NCBI GenBank assembly: GCA_051745145.1 | Contig: JBNJDT010000006.1 | Coordinates: forward strand, 2,545 to 66,544 | Source: Elusimicrobiota bacterium | GTDB lineage: Bacteria; CG03; SLGR01; JAGXOG01 | Length of the DNA: 64,000 bases | Reading direction: 5' to 3' | Shown: piece by piece, positions 10,229-20,512 of the stretch | Position numbering within the stretch: position 1 is the stretch's first letter | How the letters are laid out: every line of letters starts with the position of its first letter | Notes under the pieces: generated by a model | What the model was told of the DNA's origin: nothing | The model's database searches: none | Seen by the model: only the letters and a program-made list of their open reading frames with translations | Made by a program: the position numbers and the translations under genes

Positions 10229-10746
10229 TTTTCCATATTCTTTAAATAACTGTTCAATTTAGCAACATTACTGTTTAAAGTAGTAAAAATTTCTCTTAAA
10301 ATTTCTATATCCGAAGAAATTGCGGAAATTTTCTTAACATCATCCCGGAAATTTTCCAGCTGGGACCGTTCTTTTTTAACAAGGGAAAATATTTTTTTCG
10401 TTCCGTTCTTTATTACTTTTATGTTTTTGTCATTTACTTGGAGGGAACCGCTTTCCCGAATAGTTTCATCAAAACCATCCAGCTGTTTCTCTATCTCTTT
10501 TAACTTATCTAAAACTCCCCACAACTGATCTTCAAGCTTATCGTTTTTCCTATCCACTGCTTTTAACGCTCGGATGAGTTCTTTAAATTTTTCTTCGTCC
10601 GCACTGCTGCTCGCGCCTCCGGCTATTTTTTCTTTTGACTGAATAATTTTCCATACTAAAGACCATAAAATAAAATTCAGCGCCGCAAATAATATGGCCA
10701 AAATTGCAAATATTACGGCCGGATTAAGTTGTTCTGTTATCCCCAT
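10225..10746 (-). CDS. Hypothetical single-TM coiled-coil protein
   Basis: N-terminal TM followed by heptad-rich helix; SD-like GGAG upstream; 4-nt overlap with PEGA gene. Confidence 0.7.
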   Translation of the reverse strand: MGITEQLNPAVIFAILAILFAALNFILWSLVWKIIQSKEKIAGGASSSADEEKFKELIRALKAVDRKNDKLEDQLWGVLDKLKEIEKQLDGFDETIRESGSLQVNDKNIKVIKNGTKKIFSLVKKERSQLENFRDDVKKISAISSDIEILREIFTTLNSNVAKLNSYLKNMEK

Positions 10747-10804
10747 TAATATACTCCTTATCTTTTGATTATCTACTCTATCTTATTTATTTTATTCCCG
10801 TCAT

Positions 10805-11368
10805 TCAAATACCGTCATTTAACACTTTTCTTTTAAAAAATATTTCCGCCGAAAATTCCAGCGTTGAGACAAGCGCCGCTGCGCGCTGTATACTATCTGC
10901 AGCGACAAAGACACCGTGATCCCTTATAATTACAGAGCTATTCTTCTGTAAAATAGTGGGAATAATACCGGCTACTTCCCCGGAGCCTATACTCTGCTTT
11001 ACTTCCACTACGGGTACTTCGGGCATATACAGCCTCCCTTCGGCATCGACCGGTTTAAAAACATCGCCATTATCAGTAACTGCAATAACAGTGGGGGGAT
11101 GGGCGTGGATTACCGATTTATATTCTGTATTTTGGTATATACTCCGGTGGACTTTATATTCAACCGACGGTTTTTTGCCCCCTTTTTCGGTTTTACCCCC
11201 TATAACTATATCCTCCTTTTTTAAATTACCCAGCATACTTCCGGAAGCGGTAATGTATATATTACCGCCTACCTTTTTACTCATATTCCCGGCAGTAGCT
11301 GAAATTACTCCCTGCCCGAACAGCAGGGCGCCGAGTTCTTTAAACTTTTTATAAATTTTTGTCTCCAC
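10805..11368 (-). CDS. Class II aldolase/adducin-family protein (FucA/MtnB-like)
   Basis: TAGNMS, ITASG, KPSVEYKVH, VIHAHP, RDHGVF motifs. Confidence 0.88.
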   Translation of the reverse strand: METKIYKKFKELGALLFGQGVISATAGNMSKKVGGNIYITASGSMLGNLKKEDIVIGGKTEKGGKKPSVEYKVHRSIYQNTEYKSVIHAHPPTVIAVTDNGDVFKPVDAEGRLYMPEVPVVEVKQSIGSGEVAGIIPTILQKNSSVIIRDHGVFVAADSIQRAAALVSTLEFSAEIFFKRKVLNDGI

Positions 11369-11424
11369 TTTATTTTAAATACTGCCTTAAATTTCTCTAT
11401 CGCTTTCCCGATTTCTTTCTCTTT

Positions 11425-12921
11425 TTACTTTTTCGGAAATAGGGATTTCCCTTTACTTACATTATCGAATTTTAATTTTATATTCCATCTTAAGTTTTCC
11501 TGGCGGGATATATTCTGGATCCCCATCTGCCGGCGCATCTTTTGGCTGGTTTCCGGCATAAAAGGATATATCTGCTGGGCAACAACTCTCAATATATTAA
11601 ATAAATTTGTAAGCACCTCATTTAACCGGTCCGTACTTTTTTCCCTGTTTAAAATCCAGGGTTTTTCCTCTTCTATATATGAGTTACCTTTCTTTATTAT
11701 TTTCCATATATTTTTTAAGATCTTGTCGAATTTTAATTCCTCATAATATTTTTTATTCATTATGACTATATCTTCCACCATAACATCAAATCCGTCCGGC
11801 TGCCCGGGACGAAACTGGGGGGTATATTTTTCAATCATTCCTAAAACTCTACTCAACAGGTTACCCAGTTCGTTTGCAAGATCTGATTCGTATCTATTTT
11901 TAAACTGCTCCTGAGAAAAATTGCCGTCCATCCCGAAAGTAACCTGCCTCAGGAGGAAATATCTAAAAGAATCGACATTCCACTTTTCTATAACATCCAG
12001 GGGTGCTACAACATTCCCCAGTGATTTACTCATCTTTTCACCAGTTATCGTCCACCAGCCGTGGGCAAAAATCTTCCGGGGCAATTTTAAATCCAAAGCC
12101 ATGAGCATAGTAGACCAGTATACCGAATGCGTGGTCAAAATATCTTTGCCTATTAAATGACAGGACGCCGGCCACCAGGTTATATCCTTCGGAGCAATAT
12201 ATTCCGTTGCTGAATAATAATTAATAAGAGCGTCAAACCAGACATAAGTGACATATTCATTATCAAAAGGGATAGTGATACCCCAGTTCAGACGGCTTTT
12301 CGGACGGGAGATACAAAGATCGTCAAGCTCATTGTTTTTTAAAAAACCGAGTACCTCATTTCTTCTCATTTCTGGCATAATGTAATCTGGATTATCTTCA
12401 ATATAATTTATTAATTTTGTCTGGTATTCAGACATTAAAAAGAAATAGTTTTCTTCCTCTATTCTTTCAACTTCCCGGCCGCATTCCGGACATTTTCCGT
12501 CCTTTAAATCTTTTTTCTTCCAGAACCTCTCGTCCGGAACACAGTACCACCCAGAATAAGAACGTTTTTCTATTTTTCCTTTTTTATAAAGTTCCTGCAA
12601 AAATTTCTGAACTATTTTTTTATGCTGTGAATCTGTTGTTCTTATAAAACCATCATTGGAAATGTTGAGTTTTTCCCATAAATTTTTAAACCGCTTCACC
12701 ATCTTATCCGTATGTTCTTTGGGTGTATTTCCGCTTTTTGCCGCTGCCTTTTCAATCTTCTGGCCGTGCTCGTCAGTCCCGGTTAAAAAGAAAACATCTT
12801 CACCGCGACTGCGGTAATACCTGGCCAGAACATCTCCGGCGACTTGAGTATAGGCATGCCCTATATGAGGATCATCATTGACATAATACAATGGAGTTGT
12901 AATATATTTTGTATTTTTCAT
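11425..12921 (-). CDS. metG: Methionine--tRNA ligase (short form, no C-terminal tRNA-binding domain)
   Basis: YYVNDDPHIGH, GTDEHGQK, YVWFDAL, KMSKS. Confidence 0.97.
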   Translation of the reverse strand: MKNTKYITTPLYYVNDDPHIGHAYTQVAGDVLARYYRSRGEDVFFLTGTDEHGQKIEKAAAKSGNTPKEHTDKMVKRFKNLWEKLNISNDGFIRTTDSQHKKIVQKFLQELYKKGKIEKRSYSGWYCVPDERFWKKKDLKDGKCPECGREVERIEEENYFFLMSEYQTKLINYIEDNPDYIMPEMRRNEVLGFLKNNELDDLCISRPKSRLNWGITIPFDNEYVTYVWFDALINYYSATEYIAPKDITWWPASCHLIGKDILTTHSVYWSTMLMALDLKLPRKIFAHGWWTITGEKMSKSLGNVVAPLDVIEKWNVDSFRYFLLRQVTFGMDGNFSQEQFKNRYESDLANELGNLLSRVLGMIEKYTPQFRPGQPDGFDVMVEDIVIMNKKYYEELKFDKILKNIWKIIKKGNSYIEEEKPWILNREKSTDRLNEVLTNLFNILRVVAQQIYPFMPETSQKMRRQMGIQNISRQENLRWNIKLKFDNVSKGKSLFPKK

Positions 12922-12977
12922 TTCTATTTTTCCCTTCTTTTTAATTACTCATATTATTTAATTTATACTAAAAAATT

Positions 12978-13646
12978 TTAATCTTTTCTGCTGTTTCCCT
13001 CTTTTTCATATATCTGATTTTCAAATCTCAAACAGCACAACAACCTTCCGCAGCAACCGGTTATATTTTCTGGATTTATCGACAAATTCTGTTTTCTGGC
13101 CATATCCAAATTAACTGATTTAATATCTTTTAAGAATTTTGAACAGCAAACTTCCCTGCCGCACAATCCTATCCCCCCCATAAGAGAGACTTCATCTCTT
13201 ACACCTATTTGTACCATCTGAATTCTCACTTTTAATTTACGCCCCAACACCCGGATTAATTCCCTGAAATCAACCCTGGATTCAGCAGTATAGTAAATAT
13301 ACAATTTCTGGCGGTCATATGTATAATTAATTTTTGTAACTTTCATATTAAGGTTCTGCCGTTCAATTTCCCGTCTAATTTTCGGGCGGGCCTGCTCCGC
13401 TTTTTTGCGGTTTTCTTTCAGGACGCCGTAGTCATTTTTATTTAGCTTTCTTATAATTTTTTTACTAACTTTATCCTTTTCTATATCTTTTGTTTTTGAA
13501 ATAACCCGGCCAGTTTCCAGCCCGTTATCGGTGCTTAATAAAACGCTCGCGCCGGGGGAAACTTTTTTCCTCCCGGGCTCAGCCGGATAATATTCACATA
13601 ATTTTCTTAAAGCTACGGTTACAATCTTCATAAAATACCCCTTCAA
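12978..13646 (-). CDS. ricT: PSP1-domain protein RicT/YaaT
   Basis: YYTAESRVDFRELIR, QIGVRDE, GLCGREVCC, GCCGRLLCCL; tmk-holB-ricT-metG synteny. Confidence 0.9.
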   Translation of the reverse strand: MKGYFMKIVTVALRKLCEYYPAEPGRKKVSPGASVLLSTDNGLETGRVISKTKDIEKDKVSKKIIRKLNKNDYGVLKENRKKAEQARPKIRREIERQNLNMKVTKINYTYDRQKLYIYYTAESRVDFRELIRVLGRKLKVRIQMVQIGVRDEVSLMGGIGLCGREVCCSKFLKDIKSVNLDMARKQNLSINPENITGCCGRLLCCLRFENQIYEKEGNSRKD

Positions 13647-13728
13647 ATAACTTGATAATTTTAATCAACATATATACCTTTTATCTCTACTCAGATATAT
13701 AATTCTCGTTTTAACAGATTATTTTCTA

Positions 13729-14781
13729 CTATTGTTTCTTAATATCTGTTATTCCTAATTTTAAAAACATATTAGCTACTGTCAAAGTAGTATTTGAGTT
13801 TCTATTTAAACTTTGAATTGCCTGTTCAATTAATTTTATATTGTTATATCCTTCTTCATGGGGGTTTTTTCGAAACTCGTGTCCTTCTTTTTTCAAAAGC
13901 ACATTTAATTTTTCTAAACTCTTTTGCCGGTCTGAAAATTCTTTTCCAATTTCCTTAAAAAATTTAGTAATCTCAATTTTATCCGAAATAAATTCCTCTA
14001 CTTCAAGAAATTTTATAAATTTACCCGGTGAACCGCCGGAAATATTTATTAATTTTTTCCGGGATTCCGGTTCTAATTTTTTATCTATACTTTTATTTAC
14101 AAATTTCTCCATCTGCCCGTTTGTAAGAGGAGAAAATTCTATCTTCTGGCACCGGGAATGTATAGTCGGCAGTAATTTCTGGGGTTTAGAAGTTATTAAA
14201 ATAAAAAAAGTGCTCTCGGGTGGCTCTTCCAGTATCTTTAATATCCCATTAAGAGCCTCCCGGCTGGCCGAAGCTACATCGTCAATTATAAATACCTTCT
14301 TCCCGTCAATATAAGGCTTATGGCAGGCCTCTCTTTTTAATTCTCTAATCTGATCAATATTAATCTTTACCGTTTTATTTATACTCCCCCCTGAGCTATT
14401 TTTCACAGTCTCCCCGCCGGCTTCAAAATTTTCCAGGGAATCGGTTCGATTTTTACCCGCGGTAATCATATTATTAAATTTAACATTCATATCCATTCCG
14501 TAATCCAGCACTATTTCCGGTTCTTTTTTAGGGGACCCTATGAACTTTATTAAAGGATGAGAATTTGCTTTAAATCTCTTGCAGGACAGACATTTCAAAC
14601 ACGGTTTTTCTTTGCCCTCATCCTGACAATTTATCATGGCCCCCAGTACAAAAGCTGTCAATCTCTTACCTATCCCTTCAGCTCCGTAGAAAAGTAAAGC
14701 GTGAGGAACACGCTCATTTATAACCATTTTTTTTAATCTTTTTTTTATTGAGGAATGACCTATTATATTATTAAATTTCAT
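13729..14781 (-). CDS. holB: DNA polymerase III subunit delta'
   Basis: HALLFYGAEGIGK, Cys-rich zinc motif, IDQIREL, NGILKILEEPP, LLPTIHSRCQ. Confidence 0.9.
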   Translation of the reverse strand: MKFNNIIGHSSIKKRLKKMVINERVPHALLFYGAEGIGKRLTAFVLGAMINCQDEGKEKPCLKCLSCKRFKANSHPLIKFIGSPKKEPEIVLDYGMDMNVKFNNMITAGKNRTDSLENFEAGGETVKNSSGGSINKTVKINIDQIRELKREACHKPYIDGKKVFIIDDVASASREALNGILKILEEPPESTFFILITSKPQKLLPTIHSRCQKIEFSPLTNGQMEKFVNKSIDKKLEPESRKKLINISGGSPGKFIKFLEVEEFISDKIEITKFFKEIGKEFSDRQKSLEKLNVLLKKEGHEFRKNPHEEGYNNIKLIEQAIQSLNRNSNTTLTVANMFLKLGITDIKKQ

Positions 14782-14799
14782 TTATATCGATACTCAATA

Positions 14800-15435
14800 T
14801 TATATTATATTGCGTTTTTTCAAAACTTGTACTAATTCAGAATGCAAAACCGACTTAGATTTTTCTGCATCCAATACCACAATATCATCATTTTCTTTAC
14901 TCAGTTTCAAATACCCCTCTCTGACTCTCTTGTGAAACTTTATGTTTTCCGATTCCAATCTATCCAGTTCGCTCCCGGAATCTTTTGTTCTTTGAAGACC
15001 TTTTGCCGCTTCTATATCAAATATAAAGGTTATATCGGGTTTCACTCCCCCGGTGGATATACTGTTTAATTTTCGTATCAGCCCCAGGTCCAGCTTTCTT
15101 CCGTATCCCTGATAAGCTAAACTAGCATGGATATACCTTTCGCATATAACATATTTATTAGATTCCAGCGCCGGATTAATAAGTTCCTCGGTGTGCTGGG
15201 CCCGTCCCGCGGCGTATATAAGCAGTTCAGCCCGGGGATAAATTTTACTGTCCGGGTTTAAAAGCATCTCTCTTAACTGCTCGGCTATACTTACCCCTCC
15301 CGGTTCCCGGGTCCATACCGCCGGATAGCCGTTTTCTTTTAAATAGTTTGACAGCATCCTTGCCTGAGTTGATTTTCCCGCTCCTTCGGGGCCTTCTAAA
15401 GTTATAAATTTACCTCTGTTTTTTTGGGATTTCAT
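14800..15435 (-). CDS. tmk: Thymidylate kinase
   Basis: FITLEGPEGAGKSTQ, TREPGG, CERYIHAS, KPDITF. Confidence 0.96.
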   Translation of the reverse strand: MKSQKNRGKFITLEGPEGAGKSTQARMLSNYLKENGYPAVWTREPGGVSIAEQLREMLLNPDSKIYPRAELLIYAAGRAQHTEELINPALESNKYVICERYIHASLAYQGYGRKLDLGLIRKLNSISTGGVKPDITFIFDIEAAKGLQRTKDSGSELDRLESENIKFHKRVREGYLKLSKENDDIVVLDAEKSKSVLHSELVQVLKKRNII

Positions 15436-15438
15436 TTT

Positions 15439-15933
15439 TTAATTTCCTTTTAATCCTCTTAACATAATTTTCTGGGAAAGACTGGCTCTCTTATCGCTCT
15501 GAGTTACGGTAAGCGTAGCACCGACGTGAGCGTATTTTGACGACGTACCGGTGGTTAGGTAAACATAAAAATCATCTACTCCGCCCTCGACTAAGGTAGT
15601 GGTGGAATTTCTCATCATTCTGCGCAAATTATTTCCCGCCTGAAAATACTTCACTGTATTATCTCCCCCCCAATCTGATGTGGAAATTGATATTTTAAAT
15701 TTTATGGAATTATTACCGTCTATCTGGGGTAATTCCGAAGCCTGGCGTACATATCTTGAAAGCTCGTTTAAGGCTATCCTGGACTTACTGTGTACATCAA
15801 CAGAATCACTGGTCATCCACCATATATCAAAAGTATTTCTGAAAAATCTCGCTGTCCCGTAACTTAAAATACCTATTACCGCTATCGAAATTGCCAGTTC
15901 TATAAATGTTACACCTTTATTAGATTTAATCAT
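15439..15933 (-). CDS. Type IV minor pilin/pseudopilin, PilW/PulJ-like
   Basis: Class III signal peptide KG|VTFIELAISIAVIGIL with Glu at +5. Confidence 0.8.
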   Translation of the reverse strand: MIKSNKGVTFIELAISIAVIGILSYGTARFFRNTFDIWWMTSDSVDVHSKSRIALNELSRYVRQASELPQIDGNNSIKFKISISTSDWGGDNTVKYFQAGNNLRRMMRNSTTTLVEGGVDDFYVYLTTGTSSKYAHVGATLTVTQSDKRASLSQKIMLRGLKGN

Positions 15934-18245
15934 TTAACCACCACAACCTTTTCTGTCTCCTCCACTCCGTTAAGCTGTATATTAATAAAGTACGTACCGC
16001 TGGCTACTGTATCACCGCTTTGGGTAACGCCGTACCAATTGCAGATTCCCGGCCCTTTAGATACATACCCCTCTTTTAATGATTTTACCAATTCTCCCAT
16101 AATATTAAAGACCCTTAATTTAATATATCCTTCTTCCTGGACAACATAATCTATAGTGGCGGCCTGCCGGCCGGGACCGGGATCCCGGATAAAATTATTA
16201 TCAACAGAAAGCAGTTCAACCGGGGTTACGGTTTCGCTCCAGTTTGACCAGCCCGAATGGGGACCGTCATGGGTATAATGCTGAGATTCCGGATCCCACA
16301 AAACATTTTCATCATCGGCTCCTTCAAACTGCCCGGTTTTATAAGTTTCGGTGGCCAGATCCGGTTCGGTAAAACCGTGGCGGGTTTTACACCTTATACG
16401 GTAAGATTTATTGTAGTCCCCCTCATACATATATATGCGACTGCCCTCGGGACCCCAGGTAGAGGAAGTTCCCTCTTCCCATAATTCCTTTGACTCTACA
16501 ATTTTCCCGTTCTCTTCTATCTCTATATAAGCTCCGTAAATCCCCGTCTGGGGATCCCGGGATGTACCCCAATCCAGATTAAATTCTATATTTTTATCGT
16601 ATATAAACTCCCCGGGAATACCCGGCTTTGAAGGATACCCCACCGGGGGGGAAGTATCTATTAATACCTGCTGTTCGGACCAGCCGCTGTAATCGGGATT
16701 GGCCCATGAATAGCCCAGTCCGGTATCTATGGTCTGGACCGCCCAGTAGTAGTCCGAGCCGGAAATATCCATTGCCCGGATATTCTTATACTCCCCTAAA
16801 ATTATTCTGTCTGAAATATTCTCAATTGTATCTGAAGTAACTTTTGTCAAATAATTGCCCATCAACGGAGAGCCATAACTTCGGGAGACCAGGTTGTCGG
16901 TTCCCGAGGAGGTGCCCACTCTGAAATTATAATACACTCCATTTTTCGGGGTTTCGGTATCCGCTTTAGGGGGATCGTTCCACATAATATAAAGAGTCTC
17001 ATCATAATAGCGGGTCTTAAAATCCTCTACTTTAGAGGGAAGATTATTCTTATCATAGTCTGCCGAATCCACATCATTTTTAAATAATTTCACGTGCGGT
17101 GTTTCACTATCATCTTCTCCCGTTACGACAAGATCTAAAGCTTTACTGTTATTGTAATCGGCCCAGTTTACAGAACCGCGGTGCAACCCTAAATTACTAT
17201 CCGGCTCTATATAACTGTTAAACGTATCCGAACCGCTGTATACTCTTAAGAGCGGTTCAGTACTGCCGTTCCCCGAAATTGCAAGATCCAGACTCCCGTC
17301 GTTATTATAATCCCCGAAGGCCAGATCGCTGTTATACACCCCCGGTAAATTAAAGGTACCGGAGCTAAAAGAAATAGAAGCTGTCTTTTGATTAGTATAT
17401 ATTACCGTGGCATCCCCGCTTTCAGTAGTTCCGGCCATGGCCAGGTCCATCCACCCGTCATTATTATAGTCCCCGGCAACTGCCGTCCCCTGGGCAAATC
17501 CCTCTTCTATGATAGCGCTCTCACCTGAGGAAATATTTTCTTCAAATGATTCTCCGCTGTTATTTTTATATATAACAGTTATCGAAGCATTTTCTTCATC
17601 CTGGCCTATGCCCACCAGATCCATCCACCCGTCGTTATTTAGATCCGCCCACATTAAATCCTGGGCAGAAAACTTTGTGCTAAATTCTACATATTCTCGG
17701 GTAAATCCTTCTCCGTCATTGGTGTATAAAATAGGTTCATTAGCAGACCGGGATCCCACCGCCAGATCAGCAAAACCGTTATTATTAAAATCACCGGCTG
17801 CAACAGAAGCGGCATCCAGGTGAGTTAACTTCCGCACAAGTTCAAATTCCCCGTTATTATTTTTATATATCCAGACATTCTCCCCTGTACCATCATAGCC
17901 GGCCATAACTAAATCCAGAGTTCCGCTGTTATCTATATCCACCCAGAGGACATCTCCGTAATGCAGTGACTGAAGATTTATATCTTTTAAGCCGTGATCT
18001 TCAATTTTCTCAAAAGATGTCCCGTTGTTTTTATATAAAATAGTACGGCGGTTGTCTTCGCTGTCTCTCCCTACCATTATAAGATCCCAGTATCCGTTGT
18101 TTGTATAGTCCCCCCATGCAGATGCCGACTGGGCCAGGGGAACGGCTACATCGTTGAAATTTGTATCTTCTATAAATCCGGCAAAAACTTTTCCGGAAAT
18201 TAGAAAACAGAGACTTATTAATGTTATGGTTTTTAATAAATTCAC
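15930..18245 (-). CDS. Secreted FG-GAP/VCBS 7-blade propeller protein with FnIII-like domains and a C-terminal FlgD-Ig/T9SS-sorting-like domain
   Basis: Sec signal; seven (W/A/F)xD(Y/F/L/I)xN(D/N/S)GxxDL-type repeats; C-terminal IKLRVFNIMGELVKSL...WYGVTQSGDTVASGTYFINI...EKVVVVK. Confidence 0.8.
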   Translation of the reverse strand: MNLLKTITLISLCFLISGKVFAGFIEDTNFNDVAVPLAQSASAWGDYTNNGYWDLIMVGRDSEDNRRTILYKNNGTSFEKIEDHGLKDINLQSLHYGDVLWVDIDNSGTLDLVMAGYDGTGENVWIYKNNNGEFELVRKLTHLDAASVAAGDFNNNGFADLAVGSRSANEPILYTNDGEGFTREYVEFSTKFSAQDLMWADLNNDGWMDLVGIGQDEENASITVIYKNNSGESFEENISSGESAIIEEGFAQGTAVAGDYNNDGWMDLAMAGTTESGDATVIYTNQKTASISFSSGTFNLPGVYNSDLAFGDYNNDGSLDLAISGNGSTEPLLRVYSGSDTFNSYIEPDSNLGLHRGSVNWADYNNSKALDLVVTGEDDSETPHVKLFKNDVDSADYDKNNLPSKVEDFKTRYYDETLYIMWNDPPKADTETPKNGVYYNFRVGTSSGTDNLVSRSYGSPLMGNYLTKVTSDTIENISDRIILGEYKNIRAMDISGSDYYWAVQTIDTGLGYSWANPDYSGWSEQQVLIDTSPPVGYPSKPGIPGEFIYDKNIEFNLDWGTSRDPQTGIYGAYIEIEENGKIVESKELWEEGTSSTWGPEGSRIYMYEGDYNKSYRIRCKTRHGFTEPDLATETYKTGQFEGADDENVLWDPESQHYTHDGPHSGWSNWSETVTPVELLSVDNNFIRDPGPGRQAATIDYVVQEEGYIKLRVFNIMGELVKSLKEGYVSKGPGICNWYGVTQSGDTVASGTYFINIQLNGVEETEKVVVVK

Positions 18246-18248
18246 TGT

Positions 18249-19214
18249 TTAAAAATTGACAGTAAACATTAAAGTATGCTCACTGTTCATCGCCTGGGCA
18301 ATGCCCATTCCATAATCAAATTTAAAACGGCTGTACTTTACTCCCGCTCCCCAGGTAAAATTTTTTATCTCATAATTAAACCGGTATCCGGACCGGAGAA
18401 AAAACATATCTCGGTATATATATTCGAATCCCGTATTTATCCTTATTATTTCACTTCCAAAATTATAAGTTGAATCCAGACTGATAAGAGAAGCATGCTC
18501 TTCATTAAAAATAGCAGGATAACTCACTCCCCCTTTTATTAAAGTGGGTAAAGGATCAGTAGCCCCTTCTTTTGTATAACCTACCCCCTTTCCCATATTT
18601 AATACCGACATACCCGCTCTTATTCCCGGAGAAAATATTCTTCCGTATACATTTTTGTTTCCCGTTTTGAAAAATGGGGTGTCCCATAAAAATCCCCCGT
18701 CAATCGATAAAGCAGCAGTTTCATAAGTTTCCAGTAAAGTTGAAGTATAATATCTTACTTTTAACCCCCCGTACATTTTCGGAGAAATTTTTGCTCCGTA
18801 GCCAGCTGAATAAACCATATCCTCCTGGGTTATAAAACTCTCTTCGTGCAAATCTTCGTAGCGACCGGCTGTATCATCTATGGTTATCTTTCCCCCAACA
18901 TAGCCCAGTGTGTCAATAGCAATACTGCCCGGCCCTACATTTAAAGCTCCTCCCGCATATCCCACCACCGAATCCAAAAAAGCCTCGTAGAAAACAGCAG
19001 AAACTGCATTTTTCTTTAAAGTTCCAAGCTGCGCCGGATTTAACCCCGTTGCGGTATAATCTCCCATAAAAGAGACCCCGCTCTCTCCGAGTGCATTTAC
19101 CCGGGGGGAGGGACAGAATTTTAATATCGGCGCCCCGGTACTTCCGTTTGAATAAAGGGGCTGTAAATTTAAAATAAATACCGGGATAAAAAAAAGGATT
19201 TTTCTGAAAAACAT
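18249..19214 (-). CDS. PorV/PorQ (UPF0164)-family outer-membrane beta-barrel
   Basis: Signal peptide; N-terminal GAPILKFCPSPRVNALGE...NPAQLG; LRSGYRF, FTWGAG, FDYG strands; C-terminal Phe (TVNF). Confidence 0.78.
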   Translation of the reverse strand: MFFRKILFFIPVFILNLQPLYSNGSTGAPILKFCPSPRVNALGESGVSFMGDYTATGLNPAQLGTLKKNAVSAVFYEAFLDSVVGYAGGALNVGPGSIAIDTLGYVGGKITIDDTAGRYEDLHEESFITQEDMVYSAGYGAKISPKMYGGLKVRYYTSTLLETYETAALSIDGGFLWDTPFFKTGNKNVYGRIFSPGIRAGMSVLNMGKGVGYTKEGATDPLPTLIKGGVSYPAIFNEEHASLISLDSTYNFGSEIIRINTGFEYIYRDMFFLRSGYRFNYEIKNFTWGAGVKYSRFKFDYGMGIAQAMNSEHTLMFTVNF

Positions 19215-19243
19215 TTCCTATTGCATAGCCGTCAAATTTTGTC

Positions 19244-20509
19244 TTATCTCTCAGACCAGCTCAATACCGTTATTATCCCGGAAGAATATTCACTGTCTTT
19301 TAAAGGGGGCATGAACATATCATCAGAATAAGTAATTTCCACATTGGAAGAGGCTTCCAGATCTCCTCCCACGGCCAGCATTCCGGTCATCTCCACATTT
19401 GAAGCCAGGTTGGCATCTCCCGGACACTGAATTATCCCCACCGGATCCACATTGGACTCCATATTAATATCTATCCCGTCCTTCCACTCATCCTCATTGT
19501 CTTTATCTCCGGCAACTACCCAGTTAATCCGCCCGTCACCGCTTACATTAGATCTAACATTAATGCCGTGGTAAGAAGGATTATCATCCGGCCCTACTAC
19601 AAAATTTCCGTCCCCTTCTAATGTTACATTGGAATCTATATTAATACCGTTGGGATAATAATAGGTTCCCCCGTTCAAATCATATGTGTTTCCCGATTCA
19701 AAATTAGCCCGGCCATCGGTAACGGTAAGATCCCCGCCAAAATCATAATTTTCAACTCCTTCGGCAATTAAAGCGGCGGCATCTACAATCTCATAGTCAT
19801 CGATTGGATCGGTTTTTTCGGAAGTGTCATTTTCTTCCCAGTGTACATCGTCCGGTATCTGATTGGAATTCCATATCTCATTTCTGGCCAGTATTTCTCT
19901 GATGCCGGTGGCGTTATTATCCGGGTCAAAATCAAAATTATTTCCCAGATCTATAGAGTACTGCCCCCCGTCATAAGCCCCGTACAGGGCCACATTCCCC
20001 TCACTGTCGGGTTTAAATACCACTCCAGTTTCTACAAAAATCTTATCGCTGGAATAAATTACTCCCCGGACTACAGTATTCGAATTAAAAGTGGATTGTC
20101 CTTCTGTCAGGGTGGCATACTGGGGTAAGCCCGCCGATACTTTAATCCGGGCCCTGATAGCCCTTTCCCCCCGGGACCGGGACTTAGAGGGAACATAGCC
20201 GGTTGAATTTATGGTGTATGTACTCCCGGACTTAGTTACAAAGACTTCAGCTACGCCCGACCGGCTACCCGTTGCCGTCCCCACGTTTATGGTAAAATCC
20301 CCGTCATCTTTGTCACGCAACCTATAAATCGCTCTTTCCACACCGGCGTCGGCTACATACAGGGCTTTTTCGGATAGCCGCTGATCTGTACCGCTTTTAG
20401 TTTCAAACCAGGTGAGCATCATCATAGCGCTGCCAAGTACTACCACCACCATCATAAGGAGTATCGTACCCACCAGCGCCATACCCTTATTGTTTTTAAA
20501 ATTTCTCAT
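19244..20509 (-). CDS. PilX/GspK-like minor pilin with repetitive C-terminal domain
   Basis: KG|MALVGTILLMM prepilin site lacking E5; ALYVADAGVERAI PilX-N motif; ends in VLSWSER. Confidence 0.8.
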   Translation of the reverse strand: MRNFKNNKGMALVGTILLMMVVVVLGSAMMMLTWFETKSGTDQRLSEKALYVADAGVERAIYRLRDKDDGDFTINVGTATGSRSGVAEVFVTKSGSTYTINSTGYVPSKSRSRGERAIRARIKVSAGLPQYATLTEGQSTFNSNTVVRGVIYSSDKIFVETGVVFKPDSEGNVALYGAYDGGQYSIDLGNNFDFDPDNNATGIREILARNEIWNSNQIPDDVHWEENDTSEKTDPIDDYEIVDAAALIAEGVENYDFGGDLTVTDGRANFESGNTYDLNGGTYYYPNGINIDSNVTLEGDGNFVVGPDDNPSYHGINVRSNVSGDGRINWVVAGDKDNEDEWKDGIDINMESNVDPVGIIQCPGDANLASNVEMTGMLAVGGDLEASSNVEITYSDDMFMPPLKDSEYSSGIITVLSWSER

Positions 20510-20512
20510 CTT

